Translations under genes and position numbers: made by a program
Assembly: GCA_023247035.1 (NCBI GenBank)
Contig: JAHFHG010000002.1
Span: 12,090-76,089 of the forward strand
Source of the DNA: Candidatus Omnitrophota bacterium
Lineage (GTDB): Bacteria; Omnitrophota; Omnitrophia; Omnitrophales; Aquincolibacteriaceae
DNA length: 64,000 nucleotides
Reading direction: 5' to 3'
The notes under the pieces: generated by a model
Seen by the model: only the letters and a program-made list of their open reading frames with translations
Databases searched by the model: none
What the model was told of the DNA's origin: nothing
Part shown: positions 10,483-19,511 of the stretch, one piece after another
Numbering within the stretch: position 1 is the first letter of the stretch
Layout of the letters: each line of letters opens with the position of its first letter

Positions 10483-11130
10483 ATGAAAGTATCGGTCATC
10501 ATTCCCACCTTTAATGAAGAGAAGAGAATTTACAGCACTCTCGAAAATTTATTTTCAAAACATTTGCCTGAGGAAGTGATCGTCGTAGACGGTGAATCGA
10601 CCGACCAGACCGTCTCGGTCGCAAACGAATGGACAAAGGTCGTACGGACTTTTAAAGGCCGCGCGCGCCAGATGAACGAAGGGGTTCGGGCCGCTTCAGG
10701 AGGGATCCTTCTTTTCCTTGACGCGGGAACGAGGCTCCCCGAAGACGGCATCCTTAAACTTAAATACGCCATCCGAGAAGGCGCCAAGGCCGGGCGGTTT
10801 CGAATAAGTTTCGACAATGCCCACTGGGTTTTAAAACTCTGCGCGGCTTATACGCAATTTCAGTTGTTTCCGTTCGGCAGCCAGGGATTTTTTGTCCGCC
10901 GCGAGGTCTTTGAAGCGCTGGGCGGTTTTCGCCCCGACGCGCCGTTTGAAGACGTCGATTTTTATATGAGGCTTCTTTCTATCACGAGGCCCGTTATTAT
11001 AAAAGAAGCTGTCGTGGCTTCCGCGCCGAACCTCAGCGGCTCAGGCTGGCTCTGGAAAAAAATCGTCAAGCGGTTTCTGATCAGCCTCTACTACGCCGTC
11101 CACAAAAGCCTTCTTCTTAGAAAAAACTAA
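10483..11130 (+). CDS. GT2 glycosyltransferase, TIGR04283-like
   Basis: SVIIPTFNEE, VDGESTDQT, GRARQMNEG, LGGF...FEDVD. Confidence 0.8.
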   Translation: MKVSVIIPTFNEEKRIYSTLENLFSKHLPEEVIVVDGESTDQTVSVANEWTKVVRTFKGRARQMNEGVRAASGGILLFLDAGTRLPEDGILKLKYAIREGAKAGRFRISFDNAHWVLKLCAAYTQFQLFPFGSQGFFVRREVFEALGGFRPDAPFEDVDFYMRLLSITRPVIIKEAVVASAPNLSGSGWLWKKIVKRFLISLYYAVHKSLLLRKN

Positions 11131-11137
11131 TTTCAGA

Positions 11138-11290
11138 CTTGAGTTCCGCGAATTTCCAAATTCATAGAGTATCGCTTTTTGTGAGACAAGCGGTTGTCAT
11201 GTCCGCGTCCGCCGATAATCGGCGGGAAAGCGGCCCCGATAAAAACATTCAAGAATGACGGAAAGAAAAGCAAAATCCGCGGAACTCAAG
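11138..11290. mobile_element. MITE family A, copy 1
   Basis: Terminal inverted repeats cttgagttccgcg...cgcggaactcaag, flanked by 6-bp direct repeat TTCAGA (11132-11137 and 11291-11296); homologous to 18620-18734. Confidence 0.85.
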
Positions 11291-11615
11291 TTCAGAATTA
11301 GGCCATTAGGCCAAGCTCTCTTGGCTGAGGGTTTTGATTTTGGAGGCCTTAACTCCTTGATCCCGCGCGCGTTTGGCTTATTTATTTTTTTTAAGAAGAC
11401 TTCTTCTCGAAATTTTTAATCTTCGCAAGGTTGCTAATTTTTACAATCCTGTTACGGTTTAAGTTAGGGCATGAAATGGAAAAACTTTTCGGGAACCCGG
11501 AGATCCCAAAAATAGGCCGGGCAGCCCAAGATTTCATCGCCAAGCCTTTTGACTCTGGAGCGGCATAAGTAAAAATTTACCGCCAAAATTAGAGATCAAA
11601 GAGGAGAGGAGAATT

Positions 11616-12638
11616 ATGGCAACTGAGAGGCAGCTTCATGCCTGGCTGATTGTTTTTTTGGCCTGTTTTTCCTGCACCATTTTGTTATGGAATTACTTTT
11701 TCAATTCCGCCGAGCCTCTGGACCGAACCATCACAAGCAACATGATTTTTCTGATGGGGTTGTTGTTTTCCGTCTCGACTTCGCTTTGGATCCGATCTCT
11801 GGAGAAGGGCAAAGATCTGGCCGAAAGGGCGGCTCAGGAATCCCAGGCAAAACAGAGGAAGCTTGAAAAGATGTACCGGGAACTTCAGGAGAGCGAAGAG
11901 AATCTGCGCCGGGCGAGCAAGACCGCGCTGATGGGCGAACTGGCCATCGGCCTGGCCAATGAGCTGAACAATCCTTTCGGAGTGATTCTCGGGTTCGCGC
12001 GGTCGGCCAGAAAACAGGGCGCCGAATCGGAATCCTTGAAGCACGCCCTTCATATTATTGAGCATGAAGCCGAGCAGTGCTCCCAGATCATCAAAGATCT
12101 TATGACCTTTTCTTCCTGTAAAGAAATCGTCACCAAACAAAAATTTTCTCTCGGCCCGCTGATCGATGAAGCGGCCTCCTACGTTCTCTCGAATCAAAAC
12201 GGATATTCGATTCAATATGCCAGAGAGCTGGAGACGGAAGATATGGACCTGACCGCAAACCGGAACCAATGCTACCAAATGCTTGTGCATCTTATGAAGA
12301 ATGCGGTCGAGGCGATTCAGGACAACAGTTTCGGCCCTCAGGAAGGCGTCCTCCGCATTCATGCGAAAAAATACCGGGAGAAGGATGAGCCCTGGCTGGA
12401 AATCAGAGTGGAAGATACGGGCATCGGCATTCCCCCCTCCATTCGCTCGCGTATCTTCGAGCCCTTTTTTACAACGAAACATGCCCGCCGAAGAGTGGGG
12501 CTGGGACTGGCCATTGTCCAGGAGGTGGTCAACCGGCACCGGGGCGTTATCACAGTTGAGAGCCAGGCAGGCCAGGGAACAAGCATCGGCGTGGCATTGC
12601 CTGCGGGAGATGATCCCTATGCCGGGCCTGGAGCCTAA
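11616..12638 (+). CDS. Membrane histidine kinase-like protein (H-box His replaced by Asn)
   Basis: 2 TM, coiled coil, LANELNNP, KNAVEA, EDTGIGI, FEPFFTTK, GLGLAI. Confidence 0.85.
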   Translation: MATERQLHAWLIVFLACFSCTILLWNYFFNSAEPLDRTITSNMIFLMGLLFSVSTSLWIRSLEKGKDLAERAAQESQAKQRKLEKMYRELQESEENLRRASKTALMGELAIGLANELNNPFGVILGFARSARKQGAESESLKHALHIIEHEAEQCSQIIKDLMTFSSCKEIVTKQKFSLGPLIDEAASYVLSNQNGYSIQYARELETEDMDLTANRNQCYQMLVHLMKNAVEAIQDNSFGPQEGVLRIHAKKYREKDEPWLEIRVEDTGIGIPPSIRSRIFEPFFTTKHARRRVGLGLAIVQEVVNRHRGVITVESQAGQGTSIGVALPAGDDPYAGPGA

Positions 12639-14241
12639 AAAGCAGGGAAGAATCTTGATCGCTGAGGATGAGCCCGGAATGCAAGAATGGCTCAAGATGG
12701 AGCTTTCCCGCGCGGGGCATTCGGTGGAGGCCGTTTCCAACGGAATCGAGGCGGCCGAGCGCATTGAACGCGGGAAATTTGACCTTGTGATCAGCGATTT
12801 AAAAATGCCCCAAATGGGGGGAGCGGCGCTCTTAGATCATGTGAAGAGGGTGGCCCCGCAGCTTGAAGTCATTCTCATGACCGGCTACGGCACGGTGGAA
12901 TCCGCCGTTCTTGCGATGAAAAAAGGGGCTTATGATTTTATCCTGAAGCCCTTTAGCATCGAGGAGATGATCCTGCTGGTTGAAAAAAGTCTTGAGAAGC
13001 GGGATCTCAAAACCCTCGTGGCGCTTTACGAATCAAGCCGGGCGATTTTTTCTACGATCCAGATGGACAGGCTCTTTGAGATTATTATGGACATGCTGCA
13101 GACTGTCCTGGGAGGGGACGAAGGATCCCTTATGCTGTTTAATGAAGAAAAGAAACTGGTCATTGCGGCAAGCCGCGGCCTTTCGGAGGAAATTGTGCGT
13201 CAAACCCACGTTCAAGTGGGCGAACGGATCGCCGGCCGGGTTGCGGAAAAAAAACAGGCCCTCCTGCTTGTAGACGGGCTTGAAAAATATCCCGACTTTC
13301 GTGATCTCCCAAGCAACGACCGGATCAAGTCCTCGATTATCTGCCCTCTGATTTGGCAGGGAGAATTGTCAGGCATCCTCAATATCAACCGGACCCGGAA
13401 AAGGGAAAATTTCACGGTCGCCGATTTGCAAAGCGCCTCTATTTTTGCGGCCCAGGTATCCTTGGCGATCCAGAATGCGAAACTTTATGAAGGCCTGCGG
13501 CAAGCTTATCAAAAATTAGAGGCCGCTCAAAATCAACTGGTTCAATCCGAAAAACTGGCGTCCATCGGCCGCCTTGTCGCCGGAGTGGCCCATGAGCTGA
13601 ATAACCCGCTGACTTCCGTGATCGGATATTCCCAGCTCGCCCTTGAGTCGGAAGATGATTTAACGGAAATCCGCCGGCGGCTTTCGATCATTTTTGAACA
13701 AGCGCAGCGGTGCAATAAAATCGTCAAAGAGTTGCTTTTATTCGCGCAGCGCCGGACGCCCGAATTTCAGCAAGTCGATCTCTGTCGGCTCATCGATGAA
13801 AGCCTTGAGGGGATTTCAATCGAACTCAACAAGCAGGCCGTCAAGGTTTCAAAGCATTATCCTTCCGCCGGAGTTCATCTCCAAGCCGATCCGCAGTTGA
13901 TCCAGCAGGTTTTTACGAATATCCTCGCCAACGCTTGCCAGGCTTTGGAAGCCGCAGGACACGAAAAGGAGATCGGGATTACGATTTCCAGCTCAAAGGA
14001 AAAAGTCCTGACCTCTTTTTCAGACAATGGCCCGGGCATCTCCCAAGAAGTTCTCCATAAAATTTTCGATCCCTTTTTTACAACCAAAGGCGTCGGTAAG
14101 GGGACGGGGCTTGGGCTGAGTCTTTCCTACGGAATCATCAAAGAACACGGAGGGACGATCACGGTCAAAAGTGAATGCGGCCGGGGGACGGCTTTTACCG
14201 TCGAGCTGCCTTTAGAGAAAATCAGAACGGTTATTCGGTGA
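12619..14241 (+). CDS. Receiver-GAF-histidine kinase hybrid
   Basis: ILIAEDE/DLVISDLKMP/KP receiver; GAF with GERIAGRV and GILNIN; AGVAHELNNP, DNGPG, GKGTGLGL. Confidence 0.92.
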   Translation: MPGLEPKKQGRILIAEDEPGMQEWLKMELSRAGHSVEAVSNGIEAAERIERGKFDLVISDLKMPQMGGAALLDHVKRVAPQLEVILMTGYGTVESAVLAMKKGAYDFILKPFSIEEMILLVEKSLEKRDLKTLVALYESSRAIFSTIQMDRLFEIIMDMLQTVLGGDEGSLMLFNEEKKLVIAASRGLSEEIVRQTHVQVGERIAGRVAEKKQALLLVDGLEKYPDFRDLPSNDRIKSSIICPLIWQGELSGILNINRTRKRENFTVADLQSASIFAAQVSLAIQNAKLYEGLRQAYQKLEAAQNQLVQSEKLASIGRLVAGVAHELNNPLTSVIGYSQLALESEDDLTEIRRRLSIIFEQAQRCNKIVKELLLFAQRRTPEFQQVDLCRLIDESLEGISIELNKQAVKVSKHYPSAGVHLQADPQLIQQVFTNILANACQALEAAGHEKEIGITISSSKEKVLTSFSDNGPGISQEVLHKIFDPFFTTKGVGKGTGLGLSLSYGIIKEHGGTITVKSECGRGTAFTVELPLEKIRTVIR

Positions 14242-14354
14242 AGCCTTTTACAAAGGGCCGGCTTCTTAAGCGTCATCGGCGCTGTGATTAAAAATAAAGA
14301 TTAAAAAGAAACCGTAGTCAATTCCTCCTTCGATGAATAAAATGTATTCTGTTT

Positions 14355-14485
14355 TAGTGCGTCGTTTCTTAAGTTCGAGTGGTTATTCGTCATTCCCGCG
14401 AAATCGGGAATCCATGGATCCCCGATTAAAGCATTCGGGGATGACAAGTTGGCATGATCAATCGAATTTAGGAAACAGCGTATTA
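14355..14485. repeat. TA-bounded inverted-repeat element (MITE-like) containing palindromic repeat B
   Basis: Arms tagtgcgtcgtttcttaagttcga (14355-14378) and tcgaatttaggaaacagcgtatta (14462-14485) are imperfect reverse complements. Confidence 0.55.
14387..14447. repeat. Palindromic repeat B (REP/RPE-like double hairpin), intergenic copy
   Basis: gtcattcccgcgaaatcgggaatcca...tccccgattaaagcattcggggatgacaa; matches 30468-30538. Confidence 0.8.
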
Positions 14486-14560
14486 CTGACGTTTCGGAAA
14501 TTAATGGACACACGTTTTCCCTCTGAGAAAGCGTATCCATTCGATTCTGAAAGTTCAGTA
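14484..14560. repeat. Long imperfect palindrome, TA-bounded
   Basis: tactgacgtttcggaaattaatgga...tccattcgattctgaaagttcagta, with inner acgttttc/gaaagcgt pairing. Confidence 0.6.
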
Positions 14561-14592
14561 GCTTAAATTCGAAAAACTATTCAGGAAATGGA

Positions 14593-15783
14593 ATGCACGA
14601 GAATTCACTGACTCTCCTAGGGGCTTTTGTGGTCGGACTCGGCCTGAACCTGACTCCCTGCGTCTATCCGATGCTTTCGATCACGGTTTCGCTGTTTGCC
14701 CATCCAAAAGAGCCGCGCGCCGGCAGCGCCTTTGCGAATGCCCTGATTTACATTTTTGGAATGGCCACGATGTATAGCGGTTTGGGGCTGGCCGCGGCTT
14801 TTACGGGAGAAATCTTCGGCGCTTTTCTCCAAAACCGTCTTGTTCTTCTGGGAATTGCCTTTTTTCTTTTTTTTACGGCCCTCAGTATGCTGGGGGCCTA
14901 TACCTTCCGGCTGCCCGCCGCGCTTGTGAATAGATTTTCCGCTCAAAAGGGAACCGGCCTGCTCAATTTCTATCTTTCCGGGCTGCTTGTCGGGATCTTT
15001 GCCGCGCCCTGTATCGGCCCTCCGGTGATCGCTCTCTTGACTTTTGCGGGCACGAAAGGGGATCCGCTGCTTGCCTTTTGGATTTTTTTCATTATGTCCG
15101 CGGGGCTGGGATTGCCTTACCTTATTTTGGGAACTTTTTCCGGATTGCTCCAGAGGCTGCCGAAATCGGGAATGTGGCTGGTGTGGGTGGAGCGCCTATT
15201 TGGGGTCGTGCTGATGGGCCTGGCCGGATTTTATTTGATCATCGCAATCCACGCCGAGTATCTCCCTTGGCTTGTTCCCGCGATGCTGGTGTCCGGAGGC
15301 GTTTACCTTGGATTCGTGGAACGTTCGCCCCAATACCGGCCCGCTTTTGTGCGCTTCAAGCAGGCCGTCGGGATCGGCGCGATTGTGATCGGGCTTGCCC
15401 TTCCGTTTCTGGGATCGCGGACGAGCGTAGTCTGGGAAAAATATTCGCCTGATAAACTTGAGTCCGCCAGGAAAAGTAATCAGCCGGTCATCCTCGATTT
15501 TTATGCGGATTGGTGCATTCCTTGCCACGAGCTTGACCGGTATACTTATTCGAATCCGGACGTCATCAAAGCCTTGGCGGGTTTTACCAGGCTCAAAGTG
15601 GACTTGACCCGCCCGGACACTCCGGAAGCTGAAGCGATCATTGAAAAATTCAACGTCCTTGGCGTCCCCACGATTCTTTTCCTGGACCGCGAGGGCAGCG
15701 AGGTGAAAGATTCCAGGATCACGGGTTTCGTGCCGCCGGAGGAATTTCTCAAAATGCTGACGCTTGAATATGAAACGCATTGA
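14593..15783 (+). CDS. DsbD/CcdA transmembrane domain fused to thioredoxin (DsbD beta-gamma)
   Basis: LTPCVYPM, AAPCIGP, LPKSGMW, DFYADWCIPC, GVPT. Confidence 0.9.
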   Translation: MHENSLTLLGAFVVGLGLNLTPCVYPMLSITVSLFAHPKEPRAGSAFANALIYIFGMATMYSGLGLAAAFTGEIFGAFLQNRLVLLGIAFFLFFTALSMLGAYTFRLPAALVNRFSAQKGTGLLNFYLSGLLVGIFAAPCIGPPVIALLTFAGTKGDPLLAFWIFFIMSAGLGLPYLILGTFSGLLQRLPKSGMWLVWVERLFGVVLMGLAGFYLIIAIHAEYLPWLVPAMLVSGGVYLGFVERSPQYRPAFVRFKQAVGIGAIVIGLALPFLGSRTSVVWEKYSPDKLESARKSNQPVILDFYADWCIPCHELDRYTYSNPDVIKALAGFTRLKVDLTRPDTPEAEAIIEKFNVLGVPTILFLDREGSEVKDSRITGFVPPEEFLKMLTLEYETH

Positions 15784-16795
15784 TAATCCACCCAATCCCT
15801 TTGCCTCTTATGATTGCGAATACTTCGGAGGCGCCGTCCCGCCCGCGCGCCTTGAAGTTTATGAAGATGCGACCCGGCAGATTCTCTCGCGCAATGATTC
15901 GCCTGACATCGGATTCCGCTGGAGCGTCAATCCTTACCGCGGTTGCGTCCACGCCTGCGCCTATTGCTATGCCCGTCCCACGCACGAGTATTTGGGATTC
16001 GGAGCGGGAACGGATTTCGAAACCCGGATCGTGGTCAAAATGAATGCGGCCAAACTTCTTCGGGAGAGTTTTCTCAAAGAATCGTGGAAAGGGGAACGGA
16101 TTGTGTTTTCAGGCGATACGGATTGCTATCAGCCGCTTGAAGCCGGTTATGAATTGACGCGCCTGCTTTTAGAAGTCTGTCTGGAATTTGGAAATCCGGC
16201 CGGCATTATTACGAAATCCTTTCTGATCCTGCGGGACCTCGATCTGCTCAAAAAAATACATGAAAGGACGCGCCTTTGGGTCTCGATCAGCATTCCTTTT
16301 GCGGATGAAACAACAGCCCGGCAGATCGAGCCTCACGCCTCGGCGATTTCCAAACGCTTCGAGGCCGTTCAAAGGCTTTCCGAGGCCGGGATTTCTACCG
16401 GCGTTTTGATCGCGCCCATTATTCCGGGCTTAAACGATTCGGATATTCCCATTCTGCTTAAGAAAGCGGCGGAATGCGGCGCGCAATTTGCGTCTCCGGT
16501 TCTGCTCCGCCTTCCCGGAAACGTAAAAGATGTTTTTCTTTCGAAAATAAAAACTCTTTTTCCGCTTGCCTATAAAAAGATCATCGGCAGGATCCGCCAG
16601 GTCCGCAAGGGCGAGCTTTATCAGTCGGAATTTGGAAAACGGTTTCAGGGCGAGGGGCCGTATTGGGAAAATATTCAGAAAGTTTTTAGGATTTACTGCG
16701 ATAAATGGGGCCTTAACCGGCAGACCCAGGAACTTCCGCGCGATCCTTTCCGCCGTCCCAGCCTTCAGGAGGAGTTTGCTTTCTCCCGCGATTGA
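15770..16795 (+). CDS. PA0069/Rv2578c-family radical SAM protein (SplB-like)
   Basis: NDSPDIGFRWSVNPYRGCVHACAYCYARPTHEYLG, TDCYQPLE, APIIPGLND. Confidence 0.9.
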   Translation: MKRIDNPPNPFASYDCEYFGGAVPPARLEVYEDATRQILSRNDSPDIGFRWSVNPYRGCVHACAYCYARPTHEYLGFGAGTDFETRIVVKMNAAKLLRESFLKESWKGERIVFSGDTDCYQPLEAGYELTRLLLEVCLEFGNPAGIITKSFLILRDLDLLKKIHERTRLWVSISIPFADETTARQIEPHASAISKRFEAVQRLSEAGISTGVLIAPIIPGLNDSDIPILLKKAAECGAQFASPVLLRLPGNVKDVFLSKIKTLFPLAYKKIIGRIRQVRKGELYQSEFGKRFQGEGPYWENIQKVFRIYCDKWGLNRQTQELPRDPFRRPSLQEEFAFSRD

Positions 16796-17039
16796 GGATT
16801 TAGAAAAGCTGCCGCATTTTTCCTTTACGCCACCCGTAAAGCAGGACTTCCGTTCCGGCGTGCATGATTAATGCCGGGCCGGCTCATAAGGTAAATCGGC
16901 ACGAGGGAAAAGATAACTTGTGTTTTGGCGAGAGTCAGTGATAACCTAAAAAGGGACGGCGGAACATCATGCCGTTATAAAAAGTAAAAAGCTGCCGATA
17001 CTCAGTCTCGAAAGTAACTGCTTAAAACAGGAGGATATT

Positions 17040-17330
17040 ATGAAAAAAAGCGCCGCGATTCTGGTTTTGACTCTCATGCTGTGCTCGTTGATGTCTTTTC
17101 CGGCTTATGCTGAAAATACCGCCGTCCAGGGCAAAATGACAGGCCGGACAGCTGTCCATGGACTGGCCTCATTATTACTGTGGCCCGGGCTTGGCCAATA
17201 CCTGAATCACAATGAAACAAAGAAAAATTGGACCCATGCCGCGCTGGGGCTGACGGGTATTTTTCGTCTTTGGTCGGGCTGGGACGCCTTAATTGACCGG
17301 CAGGGCGGCCGCTGGGACGGAAAAATATAA
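17040..17330 (+). CDS. Small exported/membrane hypothetical protein
   Basis: Strong RBS aggagg; signal peptide ending AYA; SLLLWPGLGQY motif. Confidence 0.7.
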   Translation: MKKSAAILVLTLMLCSLMSFPAYAENTAVQGKMTGRTAVHGLASLLLWPGLGQYLNHNETKKNWTHAALGLTGIFRLWSGWDALIDRQGGRWDGKI

Positions 17331-17357
17331 GTTTTATAGCCTCAAGATATTTTCTGA

Positions 17358-17377
17358 AGCCGGCCGCAAGGCCGGCT
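17358..17377 (+). terminator. GC-rich GNRA hairpin downstream of the small gene
   Basis: agccggcc-gcaa-ggccggct; only a weak U-tail. Confidence 0.4.
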
Positions 17378-17549
17378 CTCAACTCTAACGACCTTCCGCA
17401 AGCCCTCCTACAAAAAGGTTGAAAAGTAGTATCCAATTACGAGGCAAAGACCGGCTGGCTTTTGACCGGGATTTAAGTTAGAATCTGCCCCATGCGCCGC
17501 AAGCGATTCATTCCAACCCCATTTTTTACCCCATCCTAAGGAAATTTTC

Positions 17550-18617
17550 GTGCCCGAAATTCTTAAATTAAAAAGCCCTGCGGATTTCATCGGACGGCAG
17601 GGCGCGGGCGTGATCAGTTTTGGTTCCGGCCAGCCGGACCTGCCGCCTCCCAAAGAAGCGTTTGACGGGATCGATCTCAAAAGGGATCTCCGTTACGGGC
17701 TCATTCAAGGAGAATTAAAACTCCGCGAGGCGCTGGCCAAGGAATATCCCGGCTCCACGGCTGAGAACTTCGTGATTACAAACGGGGCGTCCGAAGCGCT
17801 GGACCTGATTTTCCGAAGCTGGGGCAAGGGCGGAAAGGTGCTGCTGCCGCGTCCTTATTATTATTCCTACCCTCCGATTATTGAGCTGGCCCATATGGTT
17901 CCTGTTTATACGGATTTAACCGACGGGCGGATTGATATTGAGGATTTCAAGAAAAAGGTGAAGGGCTGCCGCGCGGCGCTGATCAATTCGCCGTCTAATC
18001 CGACGGGCCGCGTCGAGGCGATCGAGACGCTCAAGGGGATTGAAAAGATCACGCAGAAGCTCGGTGTTTATGTGGTCTCCGACGAGGTGTACAAAGATAT
18101 CATTTACGAGCGCGAAAATTATCCTATTCAGGGCGATTACGTGATCACGGTCAATTCGTTTTCCAAAACCTACTGTATGTGCGGCGTGCGCGTGGGGTAT
18201 TTGTGGAGCGCGGATAAAAAGGTCGTGGAAGACGTGTGCGAGATGAAGACGCACACTTCAATGAATACAAATCTGATCGGGCAGGATATGGCGCTTAGCG
18301 CAATGAAGACGCCGAAGGAATATATCCGCCGGCAGCAGAAGGTCTGGCGCGAGCGGCGCGATTTCATTTATAAAGGGCTCACGGAACTGGGTTTTGATCT
18401 TTGGAAGCCGGAAGGCGCGTTTTATGTCCTGCCCAAGTGCAAGAACGCGCGCAAATTTCTGAGCGTGCTGTATCAGGAATACAAAGTGATTACCTACCTC
18501 GGCGAGTGGTTCGGCGCGCCCGATAGAATCCGCTTGAGCTACGCCCTCGATATTCAGCAGATCGCGGAAGGGTTGGAGCGGATTAAACAAGCCATGCAAA
18601 AGGTGAGGGTCTTTTAG
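17550..18617 (+). CDS. Class I/II PLP-dependent aminotransferase
   Basis: GQPD, TNGASEAL, NSPSNPTG, SDEVY, SFSKTYCMCGVRVGY, PEGAFY; GTG start. Confidence 0.92.
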   Translation: MPEILKLKSPADFIGRQGAGVISFGSGQPDLPPPKEAFDGIDLKRDLRYGLIQGELKLREALAKEYPGSTAENFVITNGASEALDLIFRSWGKGGKVLLPRPYYYSYPPIIELAHMVPVYTDLTDGRIDIEDFKKKVKGCRAALINSPSNPTGRVEAIETLKGIEKITQKLGVYVVSDEVYKDIIYERENYPIQGDYVITVNSFSKTYCMCGVRVGYLWSADKKVVEDVCEMKTHTSMNTNLIGQDMALSAMKTPKEYIRRQQKVWRERRDFIYKGLTELGFDLWKPEGAFYVLPKCKNARKFLSVLYQEYKVITYLGEWFGAPDRIRLSYALDIQQIAEGLERIKQAMQKVRVF

Positions 18618-18619
18618 AT

Positions 18620-18734
18620 GTTGAGTTCTGCGAATTTCCGAATTCATGGAGTATCGCTCTTTGTAAGACAAGCGCTGTCATTCCCGATAAAAACATTCAT
18701 GACGGAAAGAAAAACAAAATTTGCGGAACTCAAA
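18620..18734. mobile_element. MITE family A, copy 2 (internally shorter)
   Basis: ttgagttctgcgaattt...aaatttgcggaactcaa; 6-bp direct repeat TTAGAT at 18614-18619 and 18735-18740; internal identity to copy 1. Confidence 0.85.
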
Positions 18735-18866
18735 TTAGATCCTACTGGGAATACAATGAATACTACAAGATGACAATGAATTGAAAAAGAGAATTGCTCC
18801 AATTCAAAGTGCAAATTAAAATAAATCCGCAAGCGCCAACTCACGCTGTTCGGCGGGGAAGGGTAA

Positions 18867-18908
18867 AGCGGGATACCGGCATCGAACCCGTGTTTCCGTC
18901 TTGGGAAC
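18867..18908 (-). pseudogene. 3' fragment of tRNA-Gly(CCC), probable att-site scar
   Basis: Reverse complement gttcccaagacggaaacacgggttcgatgccggtatcccgct: anticodon loop, T-arm GGTTCGA, Gly-type acceptor 3' strand; no 5' half. Confidence 0.6.
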
Positions 18909-18942
18909 CCAAAAGTAGAACAGTGGAGGGCACAAAAGGAAA

Positions 18943-19173
18943 ATGAATCTCCTCACAATTTTTGGTTTGTTCGCAGTAACGGCGATGCTGGTGTGTTACG
19001 CGCTTGAGCAGAGAAGCCGGTGGTTCATTCTGGCCTTTGCAGGCGCGTGTGCCCTCGGATCGGTCTACGGATTTTTACAGGCGGCATGGCCTTTCGGCCT
19101 GGTTGAGGCAGTCTGGTCCGTAGTGGCTGTGCGGCGGTGGTCGCTGGCAGTGAAATCGACAAGCGCTGTATGA
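18943..19173 (+). CDS. Small hydrophobic membrane protein
   Basis: 76 aa, ~3 hydrophobic segments, AWPFGLVEAVW; RBS aagga. Confidence 0.7.
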   Translation: MNLLTIFGLFAVTAMLVCYALEQRSRWFILAFAGACALGSVYGFLQAAWPFGLVEAVWSVVAVRRWSLAVKSTSAV

Positions 19174-19511
19174 AAATCATAAAAGAAAAACTCAGCCTTG
19201 ATGAATTGAAACAGATGGCGGCCGCGATGTTCGGGGACATGGTGAAGGCTGTTGTCGACGCGGACCGTGAATGGATCGCCATTGATGCGGAACTTCATTC
19301 CGATCTTGAGGCTCTGCTTTTGGAAAGCGGATCTCAACAAAGCAGTCTCTGGGGAATCAACCTTTATCCCGGCGCGCAGGAGCAAGATTTTTTGGAATTC
19401 GATTCCATGATCAACATGCGTCCTTCCGGCGGCAATCAAAGCCGGGGCGTCGAAAGTGAAGCCGTGCGAAAAAAAATCCGCGCCGTCGTTTCAAAAAGAA
19501 TCCCGCGATGA
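19170..19511 (+). CDS. DUF5674-like protein
   Basis: MVKAVVD, ELHSDLEALLLESGS, LWGINLYP, FDSMINMRP; ATGA overlap with the upstream gene. Confidence 0.75.
   Translation: MKIIKEKLSLDELKQMAAAMFGDMVKAVVDADREWIAIDAELHSDLEALLLESGSQQSSLWGINLYPGAQEQDFLEFDSMINMRPSGGNQSRGVESEAVRKKIRAVVSKRIPR

Noticed and set aside
11685-12764. 359-aa minus-strand ORF
   Set aside because: Antisense to the histidine kinase gene; no domain signal.
14301-14566. Short ORFs on both strands in the intergenic gap
   Set aside because: Explained by palindromic repeat DNA rather than real genes.
16800-17039. Long leader upstream of the small exported gene as a possible riboswitch
   Set aside because: Could not match the consensus of any riboswitch I know; needs an Rfam scan.
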